A stretch of 62,278 nucleotides of DNA, filler included, from Globobulimina sp. (taxonomy: Eukaryota): NCBI GenBank assembly GCA_003354225.1. It is 33 parts of 33 records of this genome, joined end to end, with 100 filler letters (N's around TTAATTAATTAA, not from the genome) between each part and the next. Parts side by side here need not be neighbours in the genome. Positions count along the whole stretch, not along the records: positions 9,461 to 11,251 come from PIVH01011904.1; positions 11,352 to 13,142 come from PIVH01011905.1; positions 13,243 to 15,033 come from PIVH01011906.1; positions 15,134 to 16,924 come from PIVH01011907.1; positions 17,025 to 18,815 come from PIVH01011908.1; positions 18,916 to 20,706 come from PIVH01011909.1; positions 20,807 to 22,597 come from PIVH01011910.1; 26 more parts are not named here. One strand, written 5' to 3'. Made by a program: the position numbers and the translations under genes. The notes below the pieces were generated by a model. The model was not told the DNA's origin and ran no database searches. It saw nothing but the letters and a program-made list of their open reading frames with translations. Shown here piece by piece: positions 10,052 through 20,807 of this stretch. Position 1 is the stretch's first letter, and the number at the start of each line of letters is the position of its first letter.

Positions 10052-11209
10052 ATGAGTATCGAAATTAAGTATGCAGGAGAAACGGAAAATAAACAAAGTG
10101 AAAAAGACACAACAAAGAAATGTGAGAAAGATGTGACTGTATTAGGAATGCGTGTACGTATTGATCAGTTAATAAATATTGATACATCAAATCAAAGATA
10201 TAATTTAGCCGCAGTGTTTGACAAAACATGGCCAGCCACAGAGAAAGAAGTACGAGAATGTGAAGAAAATGCGAGAACATATGAACCAGAACAGGTTCCA
10301 CGAATTGATTTTAAAAACTGCATTGATATGAACAATTTTAGATATCAGACATGGTCAACAAGTAATATTTTTAAAATAAAAAAATCTCCAAAAGATGGCA
10401 AACTTTATAATTGTCAACGTATGAAATTTCATGGTAATTTCACGGAGGAATTTGAAGTTGCAAATTTCCCCTTTGATGTTCAAGATTTATCGCTGGTATT
10501 TGCTCCACCAACCATACCAGCAAAGTATTTTAAATTTATTCCAGATATGCTTCGAAACGAAAGTATGTCCATAGATAAGACTTGGTGCGCTGTCACGGAT
10601 TGGAATATCATTTGTGTGGATGTGAGGACTACAGAGATTGACAGAGTTGCGGCGAGAACTGAAGGCAAAAGAAAAGGTGGCGTCAATGACATATATCCAC
10701 GGATTATATTTAAAATACAAGTGCAGCGAAAATGGAGAGGTGTATTTCACAGTATTGTTGTTTGGATGTTTCTGTTGGGCTTGTTGTCGTTTTGTATATT
10801 TGGTTATGAATCGTCAGATATTGAAGGAAGATTAGGATTTGCCATAACTATGGTTTTAACCATTGTGGCCTTTCAATTTGTGATATCTTCAGAATTACCA
10901 AAGGTTTCCTATTTGACTATAATTGATAAATATAATTATTTTGTTTTTGGTAACGTTGTGATGTTGGCAATGGAATCTTTAGTGGTTGGCTATCATTCGG
11001 AAGGTATATTTGGAGAGCTATCCGAGAATATTGATTTTAAACTTAGTGTTGTTATGTGTGGTTTATATATATTGGGCCATATAGTATTTGCAGTGTATTG
11101 CCGATTGAAATATTTGGAGGAAGGACGTAAATTACATAAATGGAATAAGTTAAAAAAAAGTATTTTAGTAAAAATGTCGGATAGTAAATATGAATTTTCA
11201 CGTTTATAA
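10052..11209 (+). CDS. Cys-less (Pro-loop) pentameric ligand-gated ion channel subunit
   Basis: Pro-loop ANFPFDVQDL, pre-M1 Arg (VQRKW), M2 RLGFAITMVLTIVAF, LPKVSYLTIIDKY and four TM helices. Confidence 0.9.
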   Translation: MSIEIKYAGETENKQSEKDTTKKCEKDVTVLGMRVRIDQLINIDTSNQRYNLAAVFDKTWPATEKEVRECEENARTYEPEQVPRIDFKNCIDMNNFRYQTWSTSNIFKIKKSPKDGKLYNCQRMKFHGNFTEEFEVANFPFDVQDLSLVFAPPTIPAKYFKFIPDMLRNESMSIDKTWCAVTDWNIICVDVRTTEIDRVAARTEGKRKGGVNDIYPRIIFKIQVQRKWRGVFHSIVVWMFLLGLLSFCIFGYESSDIEGRLGFAITMVLTIVAFQFVISSELPKVSYLTIIDKYNYFVFGNVVMLAMESLVVGYHSEGIFGELSENIDFKLSVVMCGLYILGHIVFAVYCRLKYLEEGRKLHKWNKLKKSILVKMSDSKYEFSRL

Positions 11210-11351
11210 TGTGAATTTTATTTTGTGTGGCCATATCCCATACTCATATAGNNNNNNNNNNNNNNNNNNNNNNNNNNNNNNNNNNNNNNNNNNNNTTAAT
11301 TAATTAANNNNNNNNNNNNNNNNNNNNNNNNNNNNNNNNNNNNNNNNNNNN

Positions 11352-11603
11352 CTTAATTGTCCAGTTGTATATAAAAAATGTTCTATTTGTAATGAATTGA
11401 TTGCATTAATTAACAATGGGCATGCTCCATTCGTAAAACATTTAAAGAAGTTTCATAATTCTAAACAATGTATATATTGCCATGAACCTTATATATATGG
11501 CGAAGAATGGAATCATTACACACAAAAAAAATGCATGATATTATATGCCAATTATGGATTAGAATGTATACAAAAATATCCTAAAACATCTAAAGATTAT
11601 TGA
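11352..11603 (+). CDS. Zinc-finger protein fragment (TRAF-like), giant-virus-like contig, 5'-partial
   Basis: CPVVYKKCSICNE...H...H...CIYC...H...C pattern. Confidence 0.5.
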   Translation, partial: LNCPVVYKKCSICNELIALINNGHAPFVKHLKKFHNSKQCIYCHEPYIYGEEWNHYTQKKCMILYANYGLECIQKYPKTSKDY

Positions 11604-11614
11604 GTTCATAAAAA

Positions 11615-11845
11615 TCAAATCATTAATATAAACTCTAACGAATCCCACACATCAATGTCATCATTTTCAATGTCATCATTTTCAATGTCAGAATCGCCAT
11701 TTCTGATTTCTTGATATCTCACCATTCTATTCGGATATATTTCTCGCTTGGTATCTACACAATGTTGATTTGTCCAATCAAAGTTATCTTTGTGTAAAAA
11801 TCCGAATGCGCCAACGATAATAATAAGAAATAATAAAAATCGCAT
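11615..11845 (-). CDS. Small secreted or membrane hypothetical protein (giant-virus-like)
   Basis: N-terminal hydrophobic segment, a DIEND repeat, and AAAATTGA upstream. Confidence 0.55.
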   Translation of the reverse strand: MRFLLFLIIIVGAFGFLHKDNFDWTNQHCVDTKREIYPNRMVRYQEIRNGDSDIENDDIENDDIDVWDSLEFILMI

Positions 11846-11872
11846 GGTGGAAGTTATTAAACAATTATTTAT

Positions 11873-11880
11873 TCAATTTT
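11873..11880 (-). promoter_or_regulatory. AAAATTGA Mimiviridae-type early promoter motif
   Basis: Exact octamer about 28 nt upstream of the ATG at 11845. Variants precede 11973 (AAAAATGA) and 12890 (AAATTTGA). The DNA is AT-rich, so chance occurrence is possible. Confidence 0.5.
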
Positions 11881-11972
11881 TTTATAATATTGAATAATCA
11901 TAGACCAAGATTTAATTTCTGTAATATGGCGTCTAATATCAAAAATGAAATTATTATATTATAATTAATATA

Positions 11973-12536
11973 ATGGGTACGTTATTTAGTAGCTGCAACG
12001 ATGTCATATATGACGAAATAGTTTCCGTAAATAAATGTAAAGAACAATACCTTCATACATTATTCTATAATGTATTAATACCTGCAAAGATTTTAGAAGT
12101 TAAAAGCGGAAACTTAATATTGGTGTGTTTTTATATATCAATTGGTGGTAAAGGAGAAGTTGTTCAGCATACAGTTGAACTATGTAATATATTTCCTAAA
12201 ATTCCGGATGATTATTGGGATAATTGTATGTTTTCCGAAAAAAGTAAAAAATTTTTAGGATGTCTAGTGAAAGATATGAATGAATGGTGTATTATTAATT
12301 GCTTCGGTTTAAATAATAAACAACATATAGTGGGCACTATATATGATATGCGTAAAACTAATATCAATAAAGTAATTATTTCACACCATTCTCGCAAAAT
12401 CCCTTATGATTTCTGCCCTTCGTATTTTGACATTATGAATAAAAATCATTTCAATGAAATAGTGCAAAATATAAAGAAAGTGCAAGCTTTGACAAAACAA
12501 AAAAATAAATATGAATCTTTATCCATAGATGAATGA
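11973..12536 (+). CDS. Hypothetical protein with possible N-myristoylation (MGTLFS), giant-virus-like
   Basis: Complete intronless 187-aa ORF with an MGxxxS N-terminus. Confidence 0.65.
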   Translation: MGTLFSSCNDVIYDEIVSVNKCKEQYLHTLFYNVLIPAKILEVKSGNLILVCFYISIGGKGEVVQHTVELCNIFPKIPDDYWDNCMFSEKSKKFLGCLVKDMNEWCIINCFGLNNKQHIVGTIYDMRKTNINKVIISHHSRKIPYDFCPSYFDIMNKNHFNEIVQNIKKVQALTKQKNKYESLSIDE

Positions 12537-12575
12537 TTTTTTGTTATATACAGTTGCCTAACATCTAAAATAAAG

Positions 12576-12800
12576 ATGAATTTTGATTTGGTACGATTTG
12601 TTCTATCTTATTTAGATATTGATAGTTTGGTTAAATTAGATAATACATTGTTAGACTTTTATATAATAAGCAACTATAGGAAGATAAAAAGTAGCTGAAA
12701 ATATTGGATTTAATAACAATATTACAGATGATGAAATTAAAAACTTACCATTAACAACTTTACATCTTGAAGTTAGTAATAATATTAGTTTTGACTATCA
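12576..12800 (+). pseudogene. Degenerate paralogue of the downstream F-box-like/LRR gene
   Basis: MNFDLVRFVLSYLDIDSLVKLDNTLLDFY stops early; another frame then gives NNNITDDEIKNLPLTTLHLEVSNNI (LRR). Confidence 0.7.
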
Positions 12801-12889
12801 TTCAAAATTTGAAATGGAACCCACATTGCGACAAAGAGGATGTAAGATTTTTTATTAAATTTGAATTTTATTTTTTTGTATATATTCAG

Positions 12890-13142
12890 ATGTCATCTGA
12901 AACAAAGATGAATACTGATTTGGTGCAATTTGTTCTATCTTATTTGGATGCTGATGGTTTGATTAAAATAGATAATACAATATTGGAATCTTATTTATAT
13001 AATCCTGCAATTTGGAAAGGTAAAAAAGTGCACAATCGGGAAATTGCCATTAAGTTTCCCATCGAAATTCTATTTTGTGATGGAAATATTACAGACGCAG
13101 GAATACCTTCCGGATTGAAAGAATTGCATTTAGGATGGAATG
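12890..13142 (+). CDS. F-box-like plus leucine-rich-repeat protein (giant-virus type), 3'-partial
   Basis: MNTDLVQFVLSYLDADGLIKID followed by NITDAGIPSGLKELHLGWN. Confidence 0.7.
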
Positions 13143-13242
13143 NNNNNNNNNNNNNNNNNNNNNNNNNNNNNNNNNNNNNNNNNNNNTTAATTAATTAANN
13201 NNNNNNNNNNNNNNNNNNNNNNNNNNNNNNNNNNNNNNNNNN

Positions 13243-14555
13243 CACTCCAGACGCAGATTAAACGATTTCTTTCGTATTGGTGCTTTAGTGACTGCGTCAT
13301 TGCATATTATGGATGCATTATCGGATGTTTTTTTTACTATAAATATTGCTAACACAACAATACTAACCATATCAATTATATTTATCATTGGTCCTATTTT
13401 ATTAACTTTCTACCAATTATACCACGCTGTGAATAAATGGAAGAGAATCGATGTGCTCAGTCAATGGATATCTAACCATGTACAGTTTTTATATTTTATT
13501 TCGGCATTTACTGGGAGTGCATTTGCCGGAGTGGCTGTCTGTACATCGAATGCATTTAATTTGGCACAAACAGATATGCCATTGAACAAAACACAATTAC
13601 TACAATTCCAAACAAAACGAATGTACTCCACTGTCCTGGTTGAAGTTTAGTATAACATTTAATTTATATATTCTATATTTACATATACAGTGATTGACAA
13701 ACAACCAACCCATAAACAAGAATGTCCCCCAGATAGGATTACAAATATGGCTTTTGATATCGTATGGCTCCGGAAACGATATTATTTATATTTCAATGGC
13801 ATTTTCTATTTTGTCCGTAGTCGTTTCTGTTTTGACCACAATATCACAAAGAAACGTAGTACGATCCCGGGATTATGTCATCATTAAATATGACATTACA
13901 GGCTCAGTGATTGTGGCGAATATGAATCAATGCAGAAACAGTGCGCGTAAATTACAGATACAAATTGCAGCATTGTTGGGAGTGAATAGGTCTTTAATCG
14001 AAGTAACCCGAGCTAAAGAAATCAAAAATGGCCTCCGTGTTGCCATAAATGTTTTTGTTAATAATGCAACAGCGATTGATATGAATATAGAAAAGGAAAT
14101 GCATGATTTGAAACAATCGGATAAGTTAGCTGAGATTATGAAGATTTCATGGGATTTGGATCTATTCTCCTTGCTATCCATTGGAAATGTAAAATGTTCA
14201 AAATATGAATCAAAAGAAAGACGCGTTAATAAAGTTTTTATAAAAGCATGTATCAGAAAGTGAAATGTCTCCGGCAGAAAGTGAAGGATATGCAGTTCAA
14301 TCGTTGCCTCCTAAAATACCAAGTGTTCATGTAACGAGCGGTGCATTTAATGATGAATATAGCGATGATGAATCTATACAAAATAAAGCATTGCCAGTAG
14401 TGACTACAAAGGGAAATGATAAACCATCGGAATATACAATGAATGCTGCACATAGTGGGAAAGACGCACATCATGCATTTGTGGAAGCTATTGATGAGCC
14501 GTATAATGCGGATATTATATATGCGGAAGATAATGTTTATTCGACTTATTTGTAA
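13243..14555 (+). CDS. Multi-pass membrane protein, 5'-partial; intron 13645-13720; probable 1-nt frameshift near 14245
   Basis: Removing the GT..AG intron joins VLVE to NVPQIGLQ (ExxPQxxLQ). Removing one A from the AAAA run near 14242-14245 joins the frame to the 14265-14555 ORF. Confidence 0.65.
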
Positions 14556-14708
14556 ATATATAAATAGTTTATTAAAATTGTCATATTATTTTAATTTTTT
14601 TAGAATTCCAATTATTTGTACCCAGAATCTTGAAAATTGAAAGTGGTTCACTTAAAAGAGAAAATTTAAAGTAGTTGATTTTAAAACTAATCTACTGAAG
14701 AGCTGAAG

Positions 14709-15033
14709 ATGCTAAATCCACTGAATCACAAGATAGGATGCGTACTGATGATAAAAAGATTGGTTTTTCCACGCTGTTCACGCATCAACATGAAAATATT
14801 ATGGGTTGTGCTCATGATTGTAAGTTTGATGGTATTTTTGGTGGATTACCGAACGAGCACATATCTGATATCTATAAACCCAATGACCCATTTATTTGAC
14901 AGTAAATCATTGAATGAAATCGATGTATTGAAAAATAGCATATTGGACGCAAAATATTTTGTTCATAATGCAGCAAATAGTTTATGTACAAATGAAACGT
15001 ATTTGAATGATTTAAATAACATTTCCAAATCTA
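14709..15033 (+). CDS. Type II membrane protein, 3'-partial
   Basis: Single TM segment (ILWVVLMIVSLMVFLV); open to the contig end. Confidence 0.45.
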
Positions 15034-15133
15034 NNNNNNNNNNNNNNNNNNNNNNNNNNNNNNNNNNNNNNNNNNNNTTAATTAATTAANNNNNNNNNNN
15101 NNNNNNNNNNNNNNNNNNNNNNNNNNNNNNNNN

Positions 15134-15518
15134 ACGATTTGGCTGCGACTTGATGGCCGGCCATGATACCTTTGGGGCCCTCATGGTTCTGCACAGCGTA
15201 TGGCTGCCGGTGGTTTTTATTCATGTTTGTGTGCACAAAATTCACTAAATCCGCACGGATTGGGGATAACATAATGTCTGGCATTGGCAGGAGTTTCTTG
15301 GAGGCTTTGCCGTTGATGTTATAGACGGTTACCAGAGGACGGGATGCGGCTGTTTTCACCACTCGTTTTGCGATTTGTACTGGCGGTTCGGGTGATTTCT
15401 TATCGTCTGCCACTGCGTCGTCTACGGGCTTATCTTCTGCTGTTTTGTCTTCGGTCACCTTATCTTCGGCCATCTTATCTTCTGCCATCTTAACGTCTGC
15501 TATCTTGTCGTCTGCCAT
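15134..15518 (-). CDS. RPL4: 60S ribosomal protein L4 (uL4) N-terminal part with an acidic repeat extension, 3'-partial
   Basis: ASRPLVTVY...PIRADLVNFVHTNMNKNHRQPYAV...AGHQVAAKS is the eukaryotic RPL4 N-terminus. Confidence 0.93.
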
Positions 15519-15614
15519 TTTTGGTGATATTCTTTGTGTCAACGAAGGATTGTTACGGAACGATTTTTTTTTAAGTACAGTTTTCTGACACAAATCCAAA
15601 CTCTCTTTGCCAAA

Positions 15615-16556
15615 ATGCTTCAAAATGCAGTGTCTACCACCAAAGTGGAAGCAAGATGGATAAAAATAGTGACTGCGTTTTTATATATCACAGTGGTATG
15701 GAATGTGATCGAAGGTGCAGTCTCTGTATATTTTGGATATATAGGCAATGACATCTCATTATTTGCATTCGGTATTAGTTCTTGGATCGAAGTATTATCC
15801 GCCTCATTGGTCTTATACCATATGATATTTACCTCCTTACCCAAGATGAGCGCCGCAACGCCCTTGAAAAACAGTACTAAAAATAAAGCAACCTTATTCT
15901 CCTTGGAAACGGAGCGCAAATTGACATTGTTTATAGGATTTTTATTAATTATATTTTGCTTATTTGCCTGTGTTGGTGGCATATTCCGTTTGGTGGAAGG
16001 CGTTCCACCATCCTCCACGAAGTGGGGCATTATCATCGGTGCCATCTGTATTGTTGCTATGTTCGTTATGTATTATTATAAAACCAAAGCTTCAGTCATA
16101 TTAAATTCAGCGACATTAGCCAGTGACGCGGCGTGTTCCTTTGGATGCATCAAACTGTCGACGGTATTACTAATTGGGTCCCTTTTATATGAAATATCGA
16201 GCAAATTATGGTGGATTGATGCAGTCACTGCAATTATTATTGGTCTAATTGTTGGCTATGAAGGTTATCAAACTGTGAAAGTGGCAAAAGATAAAGAAAA
16301 GTTCAAAGGTGGATGTGGTTGTTGTGGTGCATCTGATTCCGGGCTGGCTAACTATTTTAGGAAGAAATTTGAGAAAGAATTGGAGCAATCCGCTGGTGTG
16401 ATATATGATATTAAGGAGGATGTTTGTTGTGGTAATACAATGGGGAAAGATGATTGTTGCGGTGCGTCAAATGTTGAGTCATATGGCGCTGTTCATATTG
16501 CCAAAGAGGAAAAATCATCTGGATGTGGTGGTGGTGATTGCTGTTCTTCAAAATGA
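15615..16556 (+). CDS. Cation diffusion facilitator (TMEM163-like) transporter with a Cys-rich C-terminal tail
   Basis: WNVIEGAVSV, SLFAFGISSWIEVLS, LNSATLASDA and WWIDAVTA motifs; six TMs; CC-rich tail. Confidence 0.85.
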   Translation: MLQNAVSTTKVEARWIKIVTAFLYITVVWNVIEGAVSVYFGYIGNDISLFAFGISSWIEVLSASLVLYHMIFTSLPKMSAATPLKNSTKNKATLFSLETERKLTLFIGFLLIIFCLFACVGGIFRLVEGVPPSSTKWGIIIGAICIVAMFVMYYYKTKASVILNSATLASDAACSFGCIKLSTVLLIGSLLYEISSKLWWIDAVTAIIIGLIVGYEGYQTVKVAKDKEKFKGGCGCCGASDSGLANYFRKKFEKELEQSAGVIYDIKEDVCCGNTMGKDDCCGASNVESYGAVHIAKEEKSSGCGGGDCCSSK

Positions 16557-16703
16557 TTTAAATGAACTAGACACAATTGACTTTCATTTTTTTTAACAAT
16601 TAACCGACATTATTTGACATATTTGCAAAAAACGTTGCTTTTCGCATGATGTTTAAAGTGGAGTGGGTCACTTAACTGTGTCTATAATACATTCACATCA
16701 TAA

Positions 16704-16924
16704 ATGTCAATAAAAAGCAGGTATAATTGGGGAATAATTGGATGTGGTAAAATAGCAACGGATTTCTGCAACTGTTTGTTAAAATATCGCCGTGTAAATA
16801 TTATTGCATGTGGTGACAGGACACTTGTTTGTGCACAACAATTTGCCAACAAATTTGACATTACATATGCATATCCATCATATGATGGCGTAATAAAAGA
16901 TAAAAATGTTGACATTGTATATGT
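16704..16924 (+). CDS. Gfo/Idh/MocA family oxidoreductase (DHDH-like), 3'-partial
   Basis: WGIIGCGKIA Rossmann motif, AQQFA, and SYDGVIKDKNVDIVY. Confidence 0.88.
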
Positions 16925-17024
16925 NNNNNNNNNNNNNNNNNNNNNNNNNNNNNNNNNNNNNNNNNNNNTTAATTAATTAANNNNNNNNNNNNNNNNNNNN
17001 NNNNNNNNNNNNNNNNNNNNNNNN

Positions 17025-18815
17025 CCCGCCGCCTCCATTTTATTGCCCCGCCATCACCAATTTGCCCACAAAAAGCATTCGCCGCTGCCCCTTGACCACA
17101 AAGCGCCGGCCGCCAAAAAGAAGCACAGCGCAGAGAACGGCTACCAATTAGTCGACAAATACTCGACGCATTCCGCCGGCGGCTGCTTCCAAGAGATCAA
17201 CATTTACCGCTACTTCCATGTGGTTCTGGGCAATTTGTGGTGTTTATGGGAGTTGGCGTTGACCGGCCAGGCTTTGTTAGTGATCGCGAGCTCTGCGCAG
17301 GAATGCAGCCATTCGGTGTTGGGCATCATGTCGCTGATCTCTCCCATTGCGTATCACGGCGACTTCCGGCCTTATTTCACGATCTACGACGACGATTTCA
17401 AGCATTTCTGCAACTTGCACGATAGGGACATGTTACCGCCGTTGATTTTAGGCGTGACCAACCCCTTCTTTCTCAAAGTTATGCCCAAATTCCCGCACAT
17501 TCTGGTGTTGTCCAACGGGAACATCGCCAATAATATGATGGGCAATGCGGAGAACCACGAGAATGAGCAGGCGGACCAGAACAAGAACAGCGACGATGAG
17601 CACGATGAGGAGATGGATGAGGATGAGAGCGAGAAAAGGGATAAAAACGCCAAATCAGTGATGACCATTCATGTGAAAACCACCAATACGGACCAGCACC
17701 AACCGACAGTGAAGAAAAACTCGCAAAGAGCCTGGGGCCCCGTAAAGGAAGTCGATGTCGCCAAATCCCATAATACCATCATCTCCAAGTCGACGCCTTG
17801 TCTGTTCCCCGACGAACAGGTTCTGTCCCGATTGCTGACCGTGTCAAAAGCGACCACCTCCTCCGGCATCACCCTCAACACTGTCTGTTATCTGTCACAT
17901 TGCACTTTATTCAGTAATTCCAGTTTGCAAAATGATGTTTTTGATTGTTGTTATAGAATGAATTGGAGATTGAGCAGGTCTGCATTTTGAACAATGCCAC
18001 GTTGCGGAAATATTTCCAACATTTAACTGAGAAATTTCTAGAGCCATTCCAGGAATATTTCACATTCAAAGTGGCGTCGGGAATGTGGAACCCTTACTTA
18101 AATCCGCCGAATTTGAAAACGTTTCAGAAAGACAATTTTTTGAATATAATCCGGGATATTCCCAAGAGTTTTTTGAACGAAATACCGCTACGAACCTCGA
18201 CATTGCCGACGGGCAAAAGATCGGTTTTGGTGAAATTGTATTCGAAATTTCTAAAATCTCCGCATTTCCCCTCCTGGTTTAATAAAAAAAGGGAGAGAGC
18301 CAAGAGGAAATGCGACAAAATCATACATAAAATGATCCGCAAAATAAAGTTTGAACGCTTGGTGGAAGGCAAACCGGTTCGGGAAGGGATTAAAATGTAT
18401 CAGACCATACATCGCCATATGAATAATAACAACCAATCCGCAAAACGTATGTTTCTCCTAATTTTTTGCAGAAAGTCTCAAGAACACAAATTGAAAATAT
18501 ATACACAGCAAAAGCGGATTTAAATGATGTGCTAATCCGACACCGCGCAGTTTTACGCTCGGCTTTGCCGTCGCAGATAATCGAGGCATTGGACGAACAG
18601 GTCGAGAAAATGAGGAAAGATCAGATCAAAAAAAGAAAAGAGTGGCAAATCAAATACCAACAACACTTAAAACAACAGCGGGCAGTCTACAATTTGGATG
18701 ACCATGGAAATGATAATGACAATGAAGAAGAACTAAAAAACGATTTCAACGATGATTCTTCCTCTCATTCCCTCGGAAATACGCCGTCTGAACAAATATC
18801 GCGCTCAAAATCCTT
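17025..18815 (+). CDS. DENND6: DENN domain protein, DENND6/FAM116-like, partial at both ends; introns 17883-17956 and 18447-18508
   Basis: LWELALTGQALLV, SLISPIAYHGDFRPYFTI, ILGVTNPFF and LYSKFLKSPHFPSW motifs. Both GT-AG introns restore the frame. Confidence 0.85.
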
Positions 18816-18915
18816 NNNNNNNNNNNNNNNNNNNNNNNNNNNNNNNNNNNNNNNNNNNNTTAATTAATTAANNNNNNNNNNNNNNNNNNNNNNNNNNNNN
18901 NNNNNNNNNNNNNNN

Positions 18916-20706
18916 GGCAACCACAACAACCACAACCACAAATAACAAACCAATTATGAATTCTGCCAATTATAATGTTAATAATGGTAATAATACGAGA
19001 ATGCGGCGCGCCATAAACAAGAAAGCTACACTTAAAGCATATCCGTTGCAACTGGAATTTGAGGGCATCGATAATGAATCATTGCGGGACAATAATGTAG
19101 AAAAACTACATCACCACAATGAATACACCAATGCAATACAATATATCTGTGGCGGGGATAGCAGTGACAATAAACAAACGGAGAGAGATATAAAGGATAA
19201 AAGGAATATATCCTCCACAAATTGCACTGATGTGGGCAGTGATGTATGTAAAGCATTGCCGTGCGATAATATGTATTTGAGTGCGCAGCATATAATGGAG
19301 ATCGGCAACCATTTAATTCGCAGAAAGAATTTCTTGAACAATGCAACGACACAGAGAGACATTATAAATACAAAAGAGAAATATGAGAAAGAATGGAAAA
19401 GGAATCAGTTTGAAATCAATAAGAATCAGCAGAATAAGGATGATTTTTTAGCAGCATTCAACACCGATATTAATAGGTTGCGACAATCGCTGCACACGCA
19501 ATTATTTCGACCCATTAATGATCCAAATATTATAAATACGATTATTAACAATGGAATCAAACCATTCTTATTTGCATTACATTCATCAAATATCAGTTAT
19601 AATGGAAATAAGCAGTCGGATAATAATTCAATAGGTTTCTCTCAGCCACAAACACACAAAATAATAAAGAATAAACCATTGAAAGCATTGAAATGCAAAA
19701 AGGAAATGGATGACTCTGATCCCAGCGATACTGACTCGGATGAAGATATTCCAATAAATGAACGATTGAAAAATGAAAAAGAGCAAAAAGTGGAACACAT
19801 AATAAACCAAATACGGATAAATAGGAAACATAACATATCAAAAAGATTACAAAAGAGATTGTCCATCGCGCCACATAACCTCATTGCAAACAATAAGCAT
19901 CACAGCAACAACACATTGGATAGGTCTAATCACAAAGATAATAACAACAACAACGAGATGGATGATCATAATCTCAATCGGGTGATAAACCCGGTTCGAT
20001 ATGAGAGTGAAAGGAAATTGCAATTAGCAGCAATGCTAAACATTGAGGCGCCTGGTTATGAGGATGAGAATGGTAATGAATGTTGGATTGAATGCATACA
20101 TAAAGCGTATTCAGTGGATGGTATGGCGGATATTCCGCATCTTCATCAATGCAATGTGTATGGAATAAGTAATTGTTTGCTTTCAGAGCAGCAGTATCAT
20201 ATTCCCAGCAAACAACAACAACAAAAAAGAAACCAACAATGGAGACAAGAATATGAGTATGAGGCTAATCTGTTATCCATGAAACATAACAACAACGATG
20301 ATGATCAGAATAGCAATGATGACGATATTAATCATATACCAACAAAGGAAAAAAGTAAAGCAAAGCCACCAATTGATGCCTTGCACCGACAGCCATATTT
20401 AATGAATCCCAATCCATATAAAGCTGATGCCACTGTGTATGGAGCAGGGCCAATACGTATGTTACGACGTATTGGTCAGCCTAAAAAGCAGCAACCTAAA
20501 AATTCATATCCCAGCGGTATACCACCAAATATCCATCCAATACCAAAGAATTACGATCCAAATCAGTTTCCTTCGCCGCATGGTCCTGGCCCATCGTATA
20601 ACTTTCATCATCCATATAACCGGTATGGATATGGCTCAGTACCTGCCTCCATATCGCCTATTCGCAGAGGGCGTACTCGGTCTTGTCTGGGGGTGTCTGG
20701 TAAAGG
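18916..20706 (+). CDS. Low-complexity Asn/Gln/Pro-rich hypothetical protein, partial
   Basis: An ORF of about 590 codons spans the contig; no recognisable domain. Confidence 0.6.
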
Positions 20707-20807
20707 NNNNNNNNNNNNNNNNNNNNNNNNNNNNNNNNNNNNNNNNNNNNTTAATTAATTAANNNNNNNNNNNNNNNNNNNNNNNNNNNNNNNNNNNNNN
20801 NNNNNNA

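Noticed and set aside
14240-14265. Programmed frameshift between ORFs 13694-14263 and 14265-14555
   Set aside because: A single-base indel in a short A run (error or mutation) is simpler, and no stimulatory structure was seen.
15534-15623. Overlapping starts of RPL4 and CDF ORFs as given in the track
   Set aside because: The track used upstream GTG/TTG codons. The ATGs at 15518 (-) and 15615 (+) give non-overlapping divergent genes.
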